DNA of 32,716 nt from the NCBI GenBank assembly GCA_038060895.1, contig JBBTCT010000010.1, positions 56,733-89,448 on the forward strand, given 5' to 3'. Positions within the stretch are counted from its first letter, which is position 1; every line of letters begins with the position of its first letter. The notes beneath the pieces were generated by a model. That model saw nothing but the letters and a program-made list of their open reading frames with translations. It did not search any database and was not told the DNA's origin. The translations under genes and the position numbers were made by a program. Positions 18,501 to 27,373 of the stretch are shown one piece after another. This stretch comes from Planctomycetota bacterium (GTDB lineage: Bacteria > Planctomycetota > MHYJ01 > WSZJ01).

Positions 18501-21500
18501 CTATTTCTCCTCGTGATAGTGAATCACCGGCTCCTGCTCATACTCCACCACCAGCCCCCTGAACTGCGCACAGTCCTTCCACTCCCCGTTCGCGAACGCA
18601 TTGTCCAGCCACACGAAGTCGACGCGGACATCAATCCCGTCCCCCTTCGTGTTTCCGAGCACGCCGCCCGTCGGCGCATCGAACAGCCAGATCCCCCCGC
18701 CCTTCCCCGCCACGTACGGCCTGTTCGTCGGCACGTTCGCCCAGCGCGGCTCGGAGTTCAGACGCACGCGCACCTGGATGTCGAGAAGAGCGTTCGGGAG
18801 GAGTTCTTCCCAGGTGACTCTTCCCCATTTCGCGCCCGTCGCGCGGTGGGAAGCGCCGAACCAGGAGGTCTGGGAGTCGTCGGCGTTGGCGGTGAAGCGG
18901 TCGTAGTAGCGGAAGGGGAAGGCGTAGACGAGTTCGTACTGGTTGTGCGTGGCCGCGACGGTGCCGAACGCGCCGCGGAAATCGCAGCCATCGGGCATCG
19001 TGGGGAAGCCGGAGCCGTTGAAGGTGGTGTAGCCGATGAGTTCGGTGCCGACATAAGCGTAGCCTTCCTGCGGGAAGGCATTCGGAGCGCAGGGAATCGA
19101 CTTGTCGGCGGCGCCCATGGGGGCGGTGAGCGAGGCGATGGCGAGGAACGCCATGTTGAAGACGCGGTCCCCGAGCTCATGGACCGCCGCGGTCGTGCCG
19201 AGATAGCCGCGCGTGCAGTTCGTCAGGGTGTTGGTCCCCGCGTCGAACCCCGCGTAACCGATGATCTCGTCGCCGACCAGGATCGCGCCGCCCTCGGGGT
19301 CCATCCCGCCGACGGTGGCCATCGGAATGGTGACGACCGTGGCGTCGATCGGCGCCGACATCTGGAAGCCCAGGTTCTTCGGGCCGTTCGTCAGGCGCAT
19401 TTCATCCAGAAGCCCGCTGAAGCCCGCCGGCGCGGTCGGGATCGTCGAACCGGCAAACGTGATCAGCTGCTGCGGCACGCCCATCAGCTCGCCTGACGGA
19501 AACTTCAGGATGCGAACCCAGAGGTTGTCCGGTACCCACTCCTTCGCAGTGAAGGACGATAGCGAAGCGAGATGGAACGCCGGGGTTGCCGTTCCGATCC
19601 CGAGATTCGGGACCCACCGCACGTGCTTGATGAGCCGCTCTTCCCGCGTCGCCGGATCCTGTTCCACGAACGTCACCGTATCGCCGTCCCCTGCCTGCTG
19701 GTCTGCGAGCCCGAACGTCGGGTAGACGTTGGAGGCCGTGGCATGCGAAGCATTGAGCGTCCCGAAGAGATTCCCGGCCACGCCCGGCTGCTTGCCGCGG
19801 AACATTGGCACGGGAACCGTCATGCCGTTGCGCTGGATCACGAAGCCGCGCCACCCGTCCGTTCCTTCCTTCATCACGGGCCCGAACCACTCGTCGTCGA
19901 TGGCCAGCACCGTCGGCGTCAGGTAATTCGCGTTGGAGGTGACATGGAAGCCCCAGAGCTGCACGGTCTCGCCATCAAAGTGGTTCTTGTCCGTCGTGCC
20001 GAACAGGCCGCGCGTGAGCCCCGTGAACTGCGTCACGGAACGTCCCGTGTAGTGCATCACTTCGCCCTGCAGGCCGCTTCCGACCATCAGCCATCCGGTC
20101 GGCGGGAATTCGACGGTGATGTCGGGAGCGCCGGAAACGGGAGTCGCGACGGTCAGCATCGCGGCCGCCATCGGGAAGCCGACGGCGGGGGGCGTGGCCG
20201 GCGTGGACGTCACGACCCAGGTTGAAGTGTTCGCGCCGATCTGCCCGACGGTCTGCCCGCCGCCGACGGTGAGGCGATCCCACGTGATCGTCGGCACCGA
20301 CGGATTGGTGAACGACAGCGTCCCCGCGGCGAGCTTCGACGTGTATCCCCAGATGTTGACCCCGCAACCCAGCTGGTGCGCCTGCGCCGCCGTGCCGCGC
20401 GCGCCGCGGATGCAGCCCGTGAACGTGCTCCCGCTGACCGCCGTGTATTCGATGGCTTCGTTCCCGATCTCGATGGCGCCGGTCGCAGGGAACCCGGCGG
20501 TCGATCCGGCGCAGGTCACCGTGGTGTCGGTCGGAATCAGCGCCGTCGCCAGCGTGGTCGAGCGGATCTGCCCTGTTTCCGTACGGATCTGGTACTTCCC
20601 CACCGGCAGGCCGTCGAGCGTCATGAACCCGTGGCCGAACTTCGTACCTTTCCAGAAGGCGCCGAAGTGATACCAGCGGTCGGCCACCAGCGTGACGGTG
20701 TGGACGCATTCCGCCCAGGTGTGCTCGAGCGTCGAGTCCTTGATGCTGAACCGCAGCGCATTGCCTCCTGCAACGGGGTCGGGGCCGTAGGAGAAAAAGA
20801 GCCTGTTGCTCCACTCCTCTGTCCCCGCGTCGAAAATCGTGAAGCTGGTGCTCGACGTCTTCACCCAAACCTCCGCGGCGCCCGCTTCGATGTCGACGTT
20901 GCCGCTCACGATTTCCAGGATCGTCGCAGCGCGCTGCTGGACGGCGCCCTTGGCTGTCGAAACGCCGGAGATTGTGTTGTCGTAGTGGTTCATGATCTTC
21001 CAGTCGGCGCGTTCGTCACGGCCGAGCTTTGTCGTGACCCACGCCGGCACGCTCCGGTCGGTGGAAGGCACTTCCCGGTTCGCGACGCACGCGGGCCAGG
21101 TGACGACGAAGCGTCCCTGGGGAATGCGCAGCATGCGTTCGAAGTCATACTGCGATTTCACGCGCCACCGGAGAGTCCCCGCGGGAGCGAGTTCCACGAC
21201 CTCGCGAAGATCGGAGAGAGCGGAGACCGCGCGGCTCGGAAGGTCCTGCACCCCCTGCGCGACCACGGTGACGTAATTATCGGAAGCAAACGTAAAGGGC
21301 ATCGTCCCCGTCCCCTCCAGCCGCTTCGCGTTCGGGTTCGCGAAATTGATGATGATCGCGACCTCGTCGTTCTGGGTGATCACCGCCAGGCCGCGCTGCT
21401 CCTTGAGGAATTCGACGAACTCCTCGTACGACAGGAACTTCTTCCGGATGATCGCCGCGGCGAGGTTGTCGGCTTCTGCCTTCGTGATCACGTCCTCGGT

Positions 21501-22310
21501 CAGCTTGTTGCGCAGCCCGAGGCCTTCGAGGCACGAAGCGATGACCAGGGCGCTGGCGGTGTTCAGGTTGACCGGGTGGCGGACTTCCAGTTCAAGAAGT
21601 GCGCCGACCTGCGAATCGCTCTCCCCGATGCCGGTGACGGTCACGTCGTTCCCGTTGTCGCTGACGTCGTCCACGACGCCGTACTGCGGCACTCCGGCCC
21701 AGGTCACGCGAACCCGCGCGCCCTCGCCGTAGGAACTTGCGTCATCGACATAGAGCGTCAGGGCCGCGCCGCCGGTCGTCGCGGTCGAAGGCACGACGCC
21801 CCGGATCGTCTGCGCCGCGCCGTACGCAGTCGGCCGCCCGTTCCAGCGAGTGATGTAGTCGCGCAGGTCCTGCGTCCGCTCGTCGACGCGCGCCTTGATG
21901 CGATCCAGAAGCCGCGTCGGCGCCGTCCGTTCATTCACCTTGCCCTGCTCGTCCTGAAGCGACGAGCTCCTCAGCCGGCCCGAGCCGTCCTGCATTTCGA
22001 GCGATGCCACTGAACCGGTCCAGTTGACCGTGAATTCGTCGAGTCCGTCGGTAAAGGGCGAGTTGAACGGCGCGGTAGCGCCCCTTCCCTCCTCCGTCGT
22101 CTCGTGCCCGCGGAGAACGCCGGCCAGCGCGTGATTCCGCCCCGCGAGCGACGCATAACGCGCCTGCGCCCGGTCCATCCCCCCCTGCGCGCCCTTCTCC
22201 TGGTGCCTCATCGAGATTGCGAACGGAATCGCGATCGCCATGAGCGCGACCGAGACGACGACCACCATGATGAGCGCGAATCCGCGGCGCTTCGAACGGG
22301 AAGCGATCAT
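18501..22310 (-). CDS. Giant GspK/PilX-like pilin, paralogue 1 (1269 aa; LamG plus five repeat modules)
   Basis: ATG 22310 overlaps the upstream stop (ATGA); KRRG|FALIMVVVV (no Glu5), DEQGKVN, VNLNTAS, WYHFGAFW, FSGLLDEMRL; collinear with paralogue 2 to the shared HEEK C-terminus. Confidence 0.82.
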   Translation of the reverse strand: MIASRSKRRGFALIMVVVVSVALMAIAIPFAISMRHQEKGAQGGMDRAQARYASLAGRNHALAGVLRGHETTEEGRGATAPFNSPFTDGLDEFTVNWTGSVASLEMQDGSGRLRSSSLQDEQGKVNERTAPTRLLDRIKARVDERTQDLRDYITRWNGRPTAYGAAQTIRGVVPSTATTGGAALTLYVDDASSYGEGARVRVTWAGVPQYGVVDDVSDNGNDVTVTGIGESDSQVGALLELEVRHPVNLNTASALVIASCLEGLGLRNKLTEDVITKAEADNLAAAIIRKKFLSYEEFVEFLKEQRGLAVITQNDEVAIIINFANPNAKRLEGTGTMPFTFASDNYVTVVAQGVQDLPSRAVSALSDLREVVELAPAGTLRWRVKSQYDFERMLRIPQGRFVVTWPACVANREVPSTDRSVPAWVTTKLGRDERADWKIMNHYDNTISGVSTAKGAVQQRAATILEIVSGNVDIEAGAAEVWVKTSSTSFTIFDAGTEEWSNRLFFSYGPDPVAGGNALRFSIKDSTLEHTWAECVHTVTLVADRWYHFGAFWKGTKFGHGFMTLDGLPVGKYQIRTETGQIRSTTLATALIPTDTTVTCAGSTAGFPATGAIEIGNEAIEYTAVSGSTFTGCIRGARGTAAQAHQLGCGVNIWGYTSKLAAGTLSFTNPSVPTITWDRLTVGGGQTVGQIGANTSTWVVTSTPATPPAVGFPMAAAMLTVATPVSGAPDITVEFPPTGWLMVGSGLQGEVMHYTGRSVTQFTGLTRGLFGTTDKNHFDGETVQLWGFHVTSNANYLTPTVLAIDDEWFGPVMKEGTDGWRGFVIQRNGMTVPVPMFRGKQPGVAGNLFGTLNASHATASNVYPTFGLADQQAGDGDTVTFVEQDPATREERLIKHVRWVPNLGIGTATPAFHLASLSSFTAKEWVPDNLWVRILKFPSGELMGVPQQLITFAGSTIPTAPAGFSGLLDEMRLTNGPKNLGFQMSAPIDATVVTIPMATVGGMDPEGGAILVGDEIIGYAGFDAGTNTLTNCTRGYLGTTAAVHELGDRVFNMAFLAIASLTAPMGAADKSIPCAPNAFPQEGYAYVGTELIGYTTFNGSGFPTMPDGCDFRGAFGTVAATHNQYELVYAFPFRYYDRFTANADDSQTSWFGASHRATGAKWGRVTWEELLPNALLDIQVRVRLNSEPRWANVPTNRPYVAGKGGGIWLFDAPTGGVLGNTKGDGIDVRVDFVWLDNAFANGEWKDCAQFRGLVVEYEQEPVIHYHEEK

Positions 22311-23266
22311 TGGGAACCCCCGAGCAGGTTGACGGTGACGGAAGCGGAATCGACGGGGCTCTTGATCGTGATGGTGACGGCGGCGGTGTTGATGGCGGGG
22401 TCGAGCGCACCGGTCTCGTCCCAGCGGATTTCCGCGGGGCCCGACACCGTCAGCGGATCGCGCACGATCATCCGCGAGTCCTCGATGAGGGCGTCCACGC
22501 GCACTTCGTCGATCAACCCGTCCAGCGGCATGTCCTTGCTCCCGATCGTGAGGGGTGAGTCGCCCATCGCCAGCGTCGCCTTTCCTGCTTTCCGCGCCAG
22601 CGGGTAGTCGTTGACCAGGATTGTCAGTGAAGCGCCGTCCCAGAGAAGGGCGATCTTCGACCAGCGGGCCTCCGGGATGGCCGCGTCGGACATCGCGATC
22701 GCCACGCGCTGGGCCTCGACACCGACATAAGCCTGCAGAAACCCGGCCTTCGACACCGCGAGCCCGAACTCGCCGCTCTTCTGCACCAGAACCCGGTCCT
22801 TCTTGTGAAGTTTCGGCAAATACCAGATCTCGACGAGCAGGCCCTGGTCCTTCGAGTACATCGCGACGTTCCCGCAGTCGATGAAGCCGCCGGAGTCGGA
22901 AAAGCTCACCGCGCGGCCGACGCGGCCCCCGTCGGCGAGCTTCCCGTTGCTGATCTTCGCAAAATGCCCGAGTGCGCCCGGGGCCAGGTCGTCCTCGAAG
23001 TGCCACGCGGCCATCGGGCGGCGGACCACGGTCGAGACGTACTTTCCTTCAGGGTCGATCTTTACGGCGACCGGCGCCCGCGAGTTCCGCGCTGCGGTGC
23101 GTGCGAAGCGGCAGATTCCCAAAACGGTTGACCTGGTGGCGCGAAGTCCCATGTCCTTGTTCGATTCGGACATCATGGCCATGCCGACGCCGAGGAGGAT
23201 GGCGATGATGCTCATGACGACCATGAGCTCGATTAGAGTCACGCCGAGGGTACGTCGATGGGGCAT
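22307..23266 (-). CDS. Minor (pseudo)pilin, GspH/FimT-like, with LamG domain
   Basis: RRTLG|VTLIELMVV, FARTAA helix motif, LamG motifs AAWHFED, WSKIALLWDG, LDGLIDEVRV, and a GspH-like tail IRWDETG...VTVNLLG. Confidence 0.85.
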   Translation of the reverse strand: MPHRRTLGVTLIELMVVMSIIAILLGVGMAMMSESNKDMGLRATRSTVLGICRFARTAARNSRAPVAVKIDPEGKYVSTVVRRPMAAWHFEDDLAPGALGHFAKISNGKLADGGRVGRAVSFSDSGGFIDCGNVAMYSKDQGLLVEIWYLPKLHKKDRVLVQKSGEFGLAVSKAGFLQAYVGVEAQRVAIAMSDAAIPEARWSKIALLWDGASLTILVNDYPLARKAGKATLAMGDSPLTIGSKDMPLDGLIDEVRVDALIEDSRMIVRDPLTVSGPAEIRWDETGALDPAINTAAVTITIKSPVDSASVTVNLLGGSQ

Positions 23267-23289
23267 CGGGGCTCCGAAAAGCGAGAATC

Positions 23290-23426
23290 AGCAACTTCAA
23301 AACGACGAACTTTCAAGCAAACCGCGAACTTCAAACGGCAATTTCAGGAAGGGCCAGCCCGGCGACGTCTCCTGTTGCTGTTTTGCGTTTGCCCGTTGCT
23401 TGAAAATTCGCGGTTTTGTAGTTGCT
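23290..23426. repeat. AT-rich imperfect inverted repeat downstream of the major pilin gene
   Basis: 31-bp arms 23290-23320 and 23396-23426, 27 of 31 positions complementary by my count. Confidence 0.8.
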
Positions 23427-23476
23427 GCTTCGCGTCCGTAGGACGCGCCACCCCCCCTGTCATTACGTCCGTCGCG

Positions 23477-24127
23477 TTAGTTCCAACTCGCGACATCCTC
23501 CTCACTCCCGTTGTTGTTCTCATCATCCCCCCCCGCCGACCAAAGCATGTACTTGCCAGGCGAGTAGTAGTTCCCGGTCTTCGCGCTCTTCTGCGGCACG
23601 CACTCGACTTCCGCGCCGGCAATCGTGTACTTCCCGAACTTCGCCGGCTTCTGGTAGTCACGGCTGTGGAAGTACACGAAAGGATTCTTGAACGCGTCCC
23701 CGAGTTCCACGAGGTCGTTCTTCATGTAGTTCGAGCTGTCCGGCGGTTTAGCGGCCGCGTCAGCGTCCCCGTTGATCAGCTCGGCCTCCCAGCTGCTCAT
23801 GTCCAGGAAGGGACCGCCCTTCTGGGTCGTGAACAGGTGCCAGACGAGGCTTTCGTTTCCCTGGTTGATGTCGTTGGAGCCCTTCGTGAATCCGCCGCTC
23901 GGCGGGTAGTCGGCGAATTTCGACTCGTAGCTCGTCAGCGCGTTGTCGAGCTGGGTGATCGTCGTCCGGCAGGCGCTGACCTTCGAGCGCTTGCGCGCCG
24001 CGAACAGCGCCGGAATCGCCAGCGCGGCCAGCACGCCGATGATCGAGATCACGACCAGCAGTTCCATGAGCGTGAATCCTCCGCGGTGAGCGAGCGAAGC
24101 GAGTCGAACCGGCGGCCTCAATTTCAT
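23477..24127 (-). CDS. Major (pseudo)pilin, GspG-like
   Basis: HRGG|FTLMELLVVISIIGVLAALAIP, ALTSYESKFADYPP, DAFKNPFVY, YMLWSAGGD...EDVASWN typical of GspG. Confidence 0.88.
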   Translation of the reverse strand: MKLRPPVRLASLAHRGGFTLMELLVVISIIGVLAALAIPALFAARKRSKVSACRTTITQLDNALTSYESKFADYPPSGGFTKGSNDINQGNESLVWHLFTTQKGGPFLDMSSWEAELINGDADAAAKPPDSSNYMKNDLVELGDAFKNPFVYFHSRDYQKPAKFGKYTIAGAEVECVPQKSAKTGNYYSPGKYMLWSAGGDDENNNGSEEDVASWN

Positions 24128-24128
24128 T

Positions 24129-26585
24129 TCATTTCGCCTCGATGAGCCGGACGTTGTCGATTCCGAGCTCCCATTCGTCGCCCTTCTGCGCCAGCCCCCA
24201 AGCCCCGACTTCCAGCTTCGCGCCCCTCAACTCGGTCCGGACGGGCTTGTCGAGCACCACGCCGTTGGCCGACAGGATGAAGTCCATCGCGTTGGCATTC
24301 GCACGCTCGATCTTCAGCCGGACGGTTCCCCCAGGGCATTCTCCGAGCTGCTTCCACTGCGGCGGCGCCTGCGCGGCTCCGACCGCGACCGCGAGCTTGC
24401 CGGTCACGTCGCGGCAGAAGCGCAGCACGTTCGGGTTCGGCGTCTGCGGAGACTGCGGCAGGCCGATCGTGATCCCGGCAGTCGCGCGCCCCGACTTCGC
24501 AAAGTCGAGCTCGACTTCGAATGAGAGGAATCGGTCGCTCGTCGGCCGCACCAGTGCCGTCGCTCCGTCGTCGCGGTTCTGCTTGCCGGCGAATTGCGCC
24601 CGCCCGCTCTTCAGCGTCACCTTCAGCCCTTCCTTCTCCTTCTCGAGCCACGTGCGCCGCACCGTGTCGCCGTCCTTCCGGTCGAACTCGTCGTGCCACC
24701 AGCGGCGCGTCGTTGCTTCGCTCGCGAGTCTCTTGCCGCGCTGCGCAAACAGGTGATCCGCCACTCGGCTCAGGATTTTCTCAAACGCCTGCCGCGCCTC
24801 CGCCAGCTCGCGCCTCGCGTAGACGACCGCGGCAATGCCGCACGATGCCAGGACGTGCACCGGGCTGACCGCCGTCGCGGCGCGGAATTCCTGTTCGGCC
24901 GCCTGCGGATTGGTCGGGAGAAGGGCGAATCCGAGAAGTGCGTGGGCGTCGGGATCCGAGGAACCCTGCGCCGCGCGCCGAAGAGCCTCGACGGCGCCGG
25001 AAGTGTTCTTCATGCGAAGCCGCGCGAGGCCGAGTTCCCGGAACGCGGGGCCGCCGCCCCCCGCCTTCAGCGCCGCGAGCAGGAGCGGTTCCGCGGCGAG
25101 CGCGTCGCCGCCGTCGAGCGCGATCTTCCCCTTCCCGAGGAGCGCGAACGAACACCGCGAGTCGCGCTTCAGCGCCTCGTCCCACGCCGCGCCCGCTTCA
25201 ACCGTTTTCGCCTGCTTGAGCAGAAGCCATCCGGAGGCGGCCCAGGGATTCGGGGAGACCGGCGCCCGGTAAGCCGCTTCGTCGAAACAGGCCTGCGCCT
25301 TCACGACGTCGCCGGCGGCAGCGCAAACGAGGCCGAGGTTGAGCCAGGCGTCTATCTGGTCGGGATTGAGCTCGAGCGCGGCGCGGAATGAGATGGCGGC
25401 GTCCTTGCCGTTGCCCAGTGCTGTCTCTGCGCAGCCCAGCAGGAGCGAGCCTCCCGGGCCTGCCTGCAACAGCTCTGACTTTGCTTCCTGGAAGCGCCCG
25501 GCAAAGTACGCGTGCGTGCCGTTGGCGAGGTGGGTCTCGGGCAAATCCTTCGCCTTCAGGTCGCCGGCGAGCGCCGCGACCTGCGTCTCGGCTTCGGGAA
25601 GTCTTCCGTCGGCCGAGAGAAGCGCGACGAGCCTCTGCTTCGCCTCCGGGTAGAAAGGCGACGCCTTGATGGCATTCAGGTACGCGTCAATGGCCCGGGT
25701 CGGCAGGCCGAGCGACTCGTAGATTCGCCCGAGCCGTCCCCAGATCGCCTCGGCGCCCGAAGGACGCTTCTCCAGGATCTCGCGGTACAGGCGGATTTCC
25801 CGGTCCGGGTCCGAGAGAACCGCGTACACCTCGCCCAGCTTCAGGAGCGTCGCAGGCTTCGGGTTGATGCGCAGCGAAGACTCAAGCTCTTTCGCCGCGT
25901 TCTCGTACAGCTTGCGTTCGAAACACCACGCGGCGAGTTCCTCATGCTCCTTCGCGCTTCCCGCCTTCACCGCCGCGGCTCGTTTCTGGTACTCCTGTTC
26001 CGAAGACATTCCGTACTTGATTTCGGTGTAGTCGGCTTTCTTGTAATTGAACGTGTTCTTCGTGTCCTTCTTGCGGATCGAGACCGCGCCGTCGGCATCG
26101 ACCTTCAGGATCGTCCCGACCATCGTGCCGCCGCCGACCAGCATGATCGTGTCGAAAACCGGCTCTTCGCCCGGCACGATCGCCTCGCCGCCTGACTTTC
26201 CCGCGGCGCGCAAGGCCGTAAGCGCGGCGTCGTCGGGGAGATCCGCGGCCACTGCCACGATGGGCGCGAACGTCGCGCCGGGGCGGGCCTCCGGGCGGAT
26301 CGGGAGGGCCGGAAGCGGATTCGCCGGGAAATCGGGGATGCCGAGGTCTTCGGCCGGGAGGTCCGCCCACTCGGTGGCGGGAGCCATCGGGTCGCGACCC
26401 TCGGGCCAGGCGGAAGCAGCGTCCGCCGCGAGCCACCGCGGAGCCGGCACGGGCGCCTGCTCGTACGTGCCACGGGCAGCAACCGTGACCGGAGGCTGGT
26501 CGCCGCCGCCAGCGGTGAGGAAGAGGACGACCGCCAGGAGCGCGGCAGCCATGCCGACCATCCATTCGCGCGGGAGGTTTCTCAT
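24129..26585 (-). CDS. Membrane-anchored or exported TPR protein with C-terminal beta-sandwich
   Basis: N-terminal hydrophobic helix, Pro-rich linker, small beta domain, many TPRs (ALELNPDQIDAWLNLGLV), beta-rich tail; ATGA-coupled to the upstream gene. Confidence 0.82.
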   Translation of the reverse strand: MRNLPREWMVGMAAALLAVVLFLTAGGGDQPPVTVAARGTYEQAPVPAPRWLAADAASAWPEGRDPMAPATEWADLPAEDLGIPDFPANPLPALPIRPEARPGATFAPIVAVAADLPDDAALTALRAAGKSGGEAIVPGEEPVFDTIMLVGGGTMVGTILKVDADGAVSIRKKDTKNTFNYKKADYTEIKYGMSSEQEYQKRAAAVKAGSAKEHEELAAWCFERKLYENAAKELESSLRINPKPATLLKLGEVYAVLSDPDREIRLYREILEKRPSGAEAIWGRLGRIYESLGLPTRAIDAYLNAIKASPFYPEAKQRLVALLSADGRLPEAETQVAALAGDLKAKDLPETHLANGTHAYFAGRFQEAKSELLQAGPGGSLLLGCAETALGNGKDAAISFRAALELNPDQIDAWLNLGLVCAAAGDVVKAQACFDEAAYRAPVSPNPWAASGWLLLKQAKTVEAGAAWDEALKRDSRCSFALLGKGKIALDGGDALAAEPLLLAALKAGGGGPAFRELGLARLRMKNTSGAVEALRRAAQGSSDPDAHALLGFALLPTNPQAAEQEFRAATAVSPVHVLASCGIAAVVYARRELAEARQAFEKILSRVADHLFAQRGKRLASEATTRRWWHDEFDRKDGDTVRRTWLEKEKEGLKVTLKSGRAQFAGKQNRDDGATALVRPTSDRFLSFEVELDFAKSGRATAGITIGLPQSPQTPNPNVLRFCRDVTGKLAVAVGAAQAPPQWKQLGECPGGTVRLKIERANANAMDFILSANGVVLDKPVRTELRGAKLEVGAWGLAQKGDEWELGIDNVRLIEAK

Positions 26586-27373
26586 CTTCCGAAAATGAAT
26601 CCTCCCCCTTCGGTCCCGCCCTTGGCTTCCGGCTTCGCGTCGCTCACCTCAACGCCGCCGACCGCGATCTTCAGCGTCGCTTCAGCCTCGTCGGGCTTCT
26701 CACGCCAGATCTTCGCGCGCGGCACGATGACGAACGCCTCGCGCTGCTGAAGCGCATGCAGAAGCCGCGCAAGCGAGTCGATCGGCCCTTCGACCTCGAA
26801 CACCACCATCGTGCGCCGGACCGCGCCGCTTTCCAGCATTTCGGTGGTGAAGAAGTCGTCCCCATCCTTCGTCGCGCTGATCTGCCGGATCTTGTGGATG
26901 CCCGAGGCGACCGCGCGCCCGAGAACTTTCCTCGCGATCTCGATTTTCGTCAGGAAGAGCGGCAGGTCCTCTTCGGGATTCTTCGGGAACTGCGCTTCGT
27001 TCTCGATGATGATTCCCTGGTCCGACGAGGCCGAGTCGAGCTGCGTCTGCAGCGCGGCGAGCTGGTTTCCGTAAACAACCTTGTCCGCCCCGGCGGGCGC
27101 CGCGGGAGCATTCGACACCTTGTCCAGTTCCGCCACCCGCGCCTTCAGCGCTTCGACCTCTCCCTCCAGCTGCCGGCGCGAGGACGATGAGAGCGCGTTC
27201 CCCTCGCTCGACTTCAGCATCTTCCGGAGCTTCTCCGCCTGGTCGACCGCATCCGAAGTCGAGGACCGCGCAGGCATGGCCCCGCCCACCATGAGGACCA
27301 GCGCAACCGTGAGCATTCCGCCCGCGGCGATCACGAAGGTCCGGTGCGCAGCCCAGTACTGTTTTATTTTCAC
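26582..27373 (-). CDS. PilO/GspM-like alignment protein
   Basis: GTG 27373 overlaps the pilM stop; TM, coiled coil, then ferredoxin-like pattern FEVEGPIDSLARLLHALQ; expected position after pilM/N. Confidence 0.7.
   Translation of the reverse strand: MKIKQYWAAHRTFVIAAGGMLTVALVLMVGGAMPARSSTSDAVDQAEKLRKMLKSSEGNALSSSSRRQLEGEVEALKARVAELDKVSNAPAAPAGADKVVYGNQLAALQTQLDSASSDQGIIIENEAQFPKNPEEDLPLFLTKIEIARKVLGRAVASGIHKIRQISATKDGDDFFTTEMLESGAVRRTMVVFEVEGPIDSLARLLHALQQREAFVIVPRAKIWREKPDEAEATLKIAVGGVEVSDAKPEAKGGTEGGGFIFGR

Noticed and set aside
14151-22310. Prophage remnant or diversity-generating retroelement
   Set aside because: The phage-like modules sit inside intact prepilin-leader proteins; no other phage genes, reverse transcriptase or adenine-specific repeat pair.
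22311-23006. N-terminal extension of the 1501-aa ORF
   Set aside because: Overlaps the H-like gene in another frame; the prepilin leader and ATGA coupling place the start at 22310.
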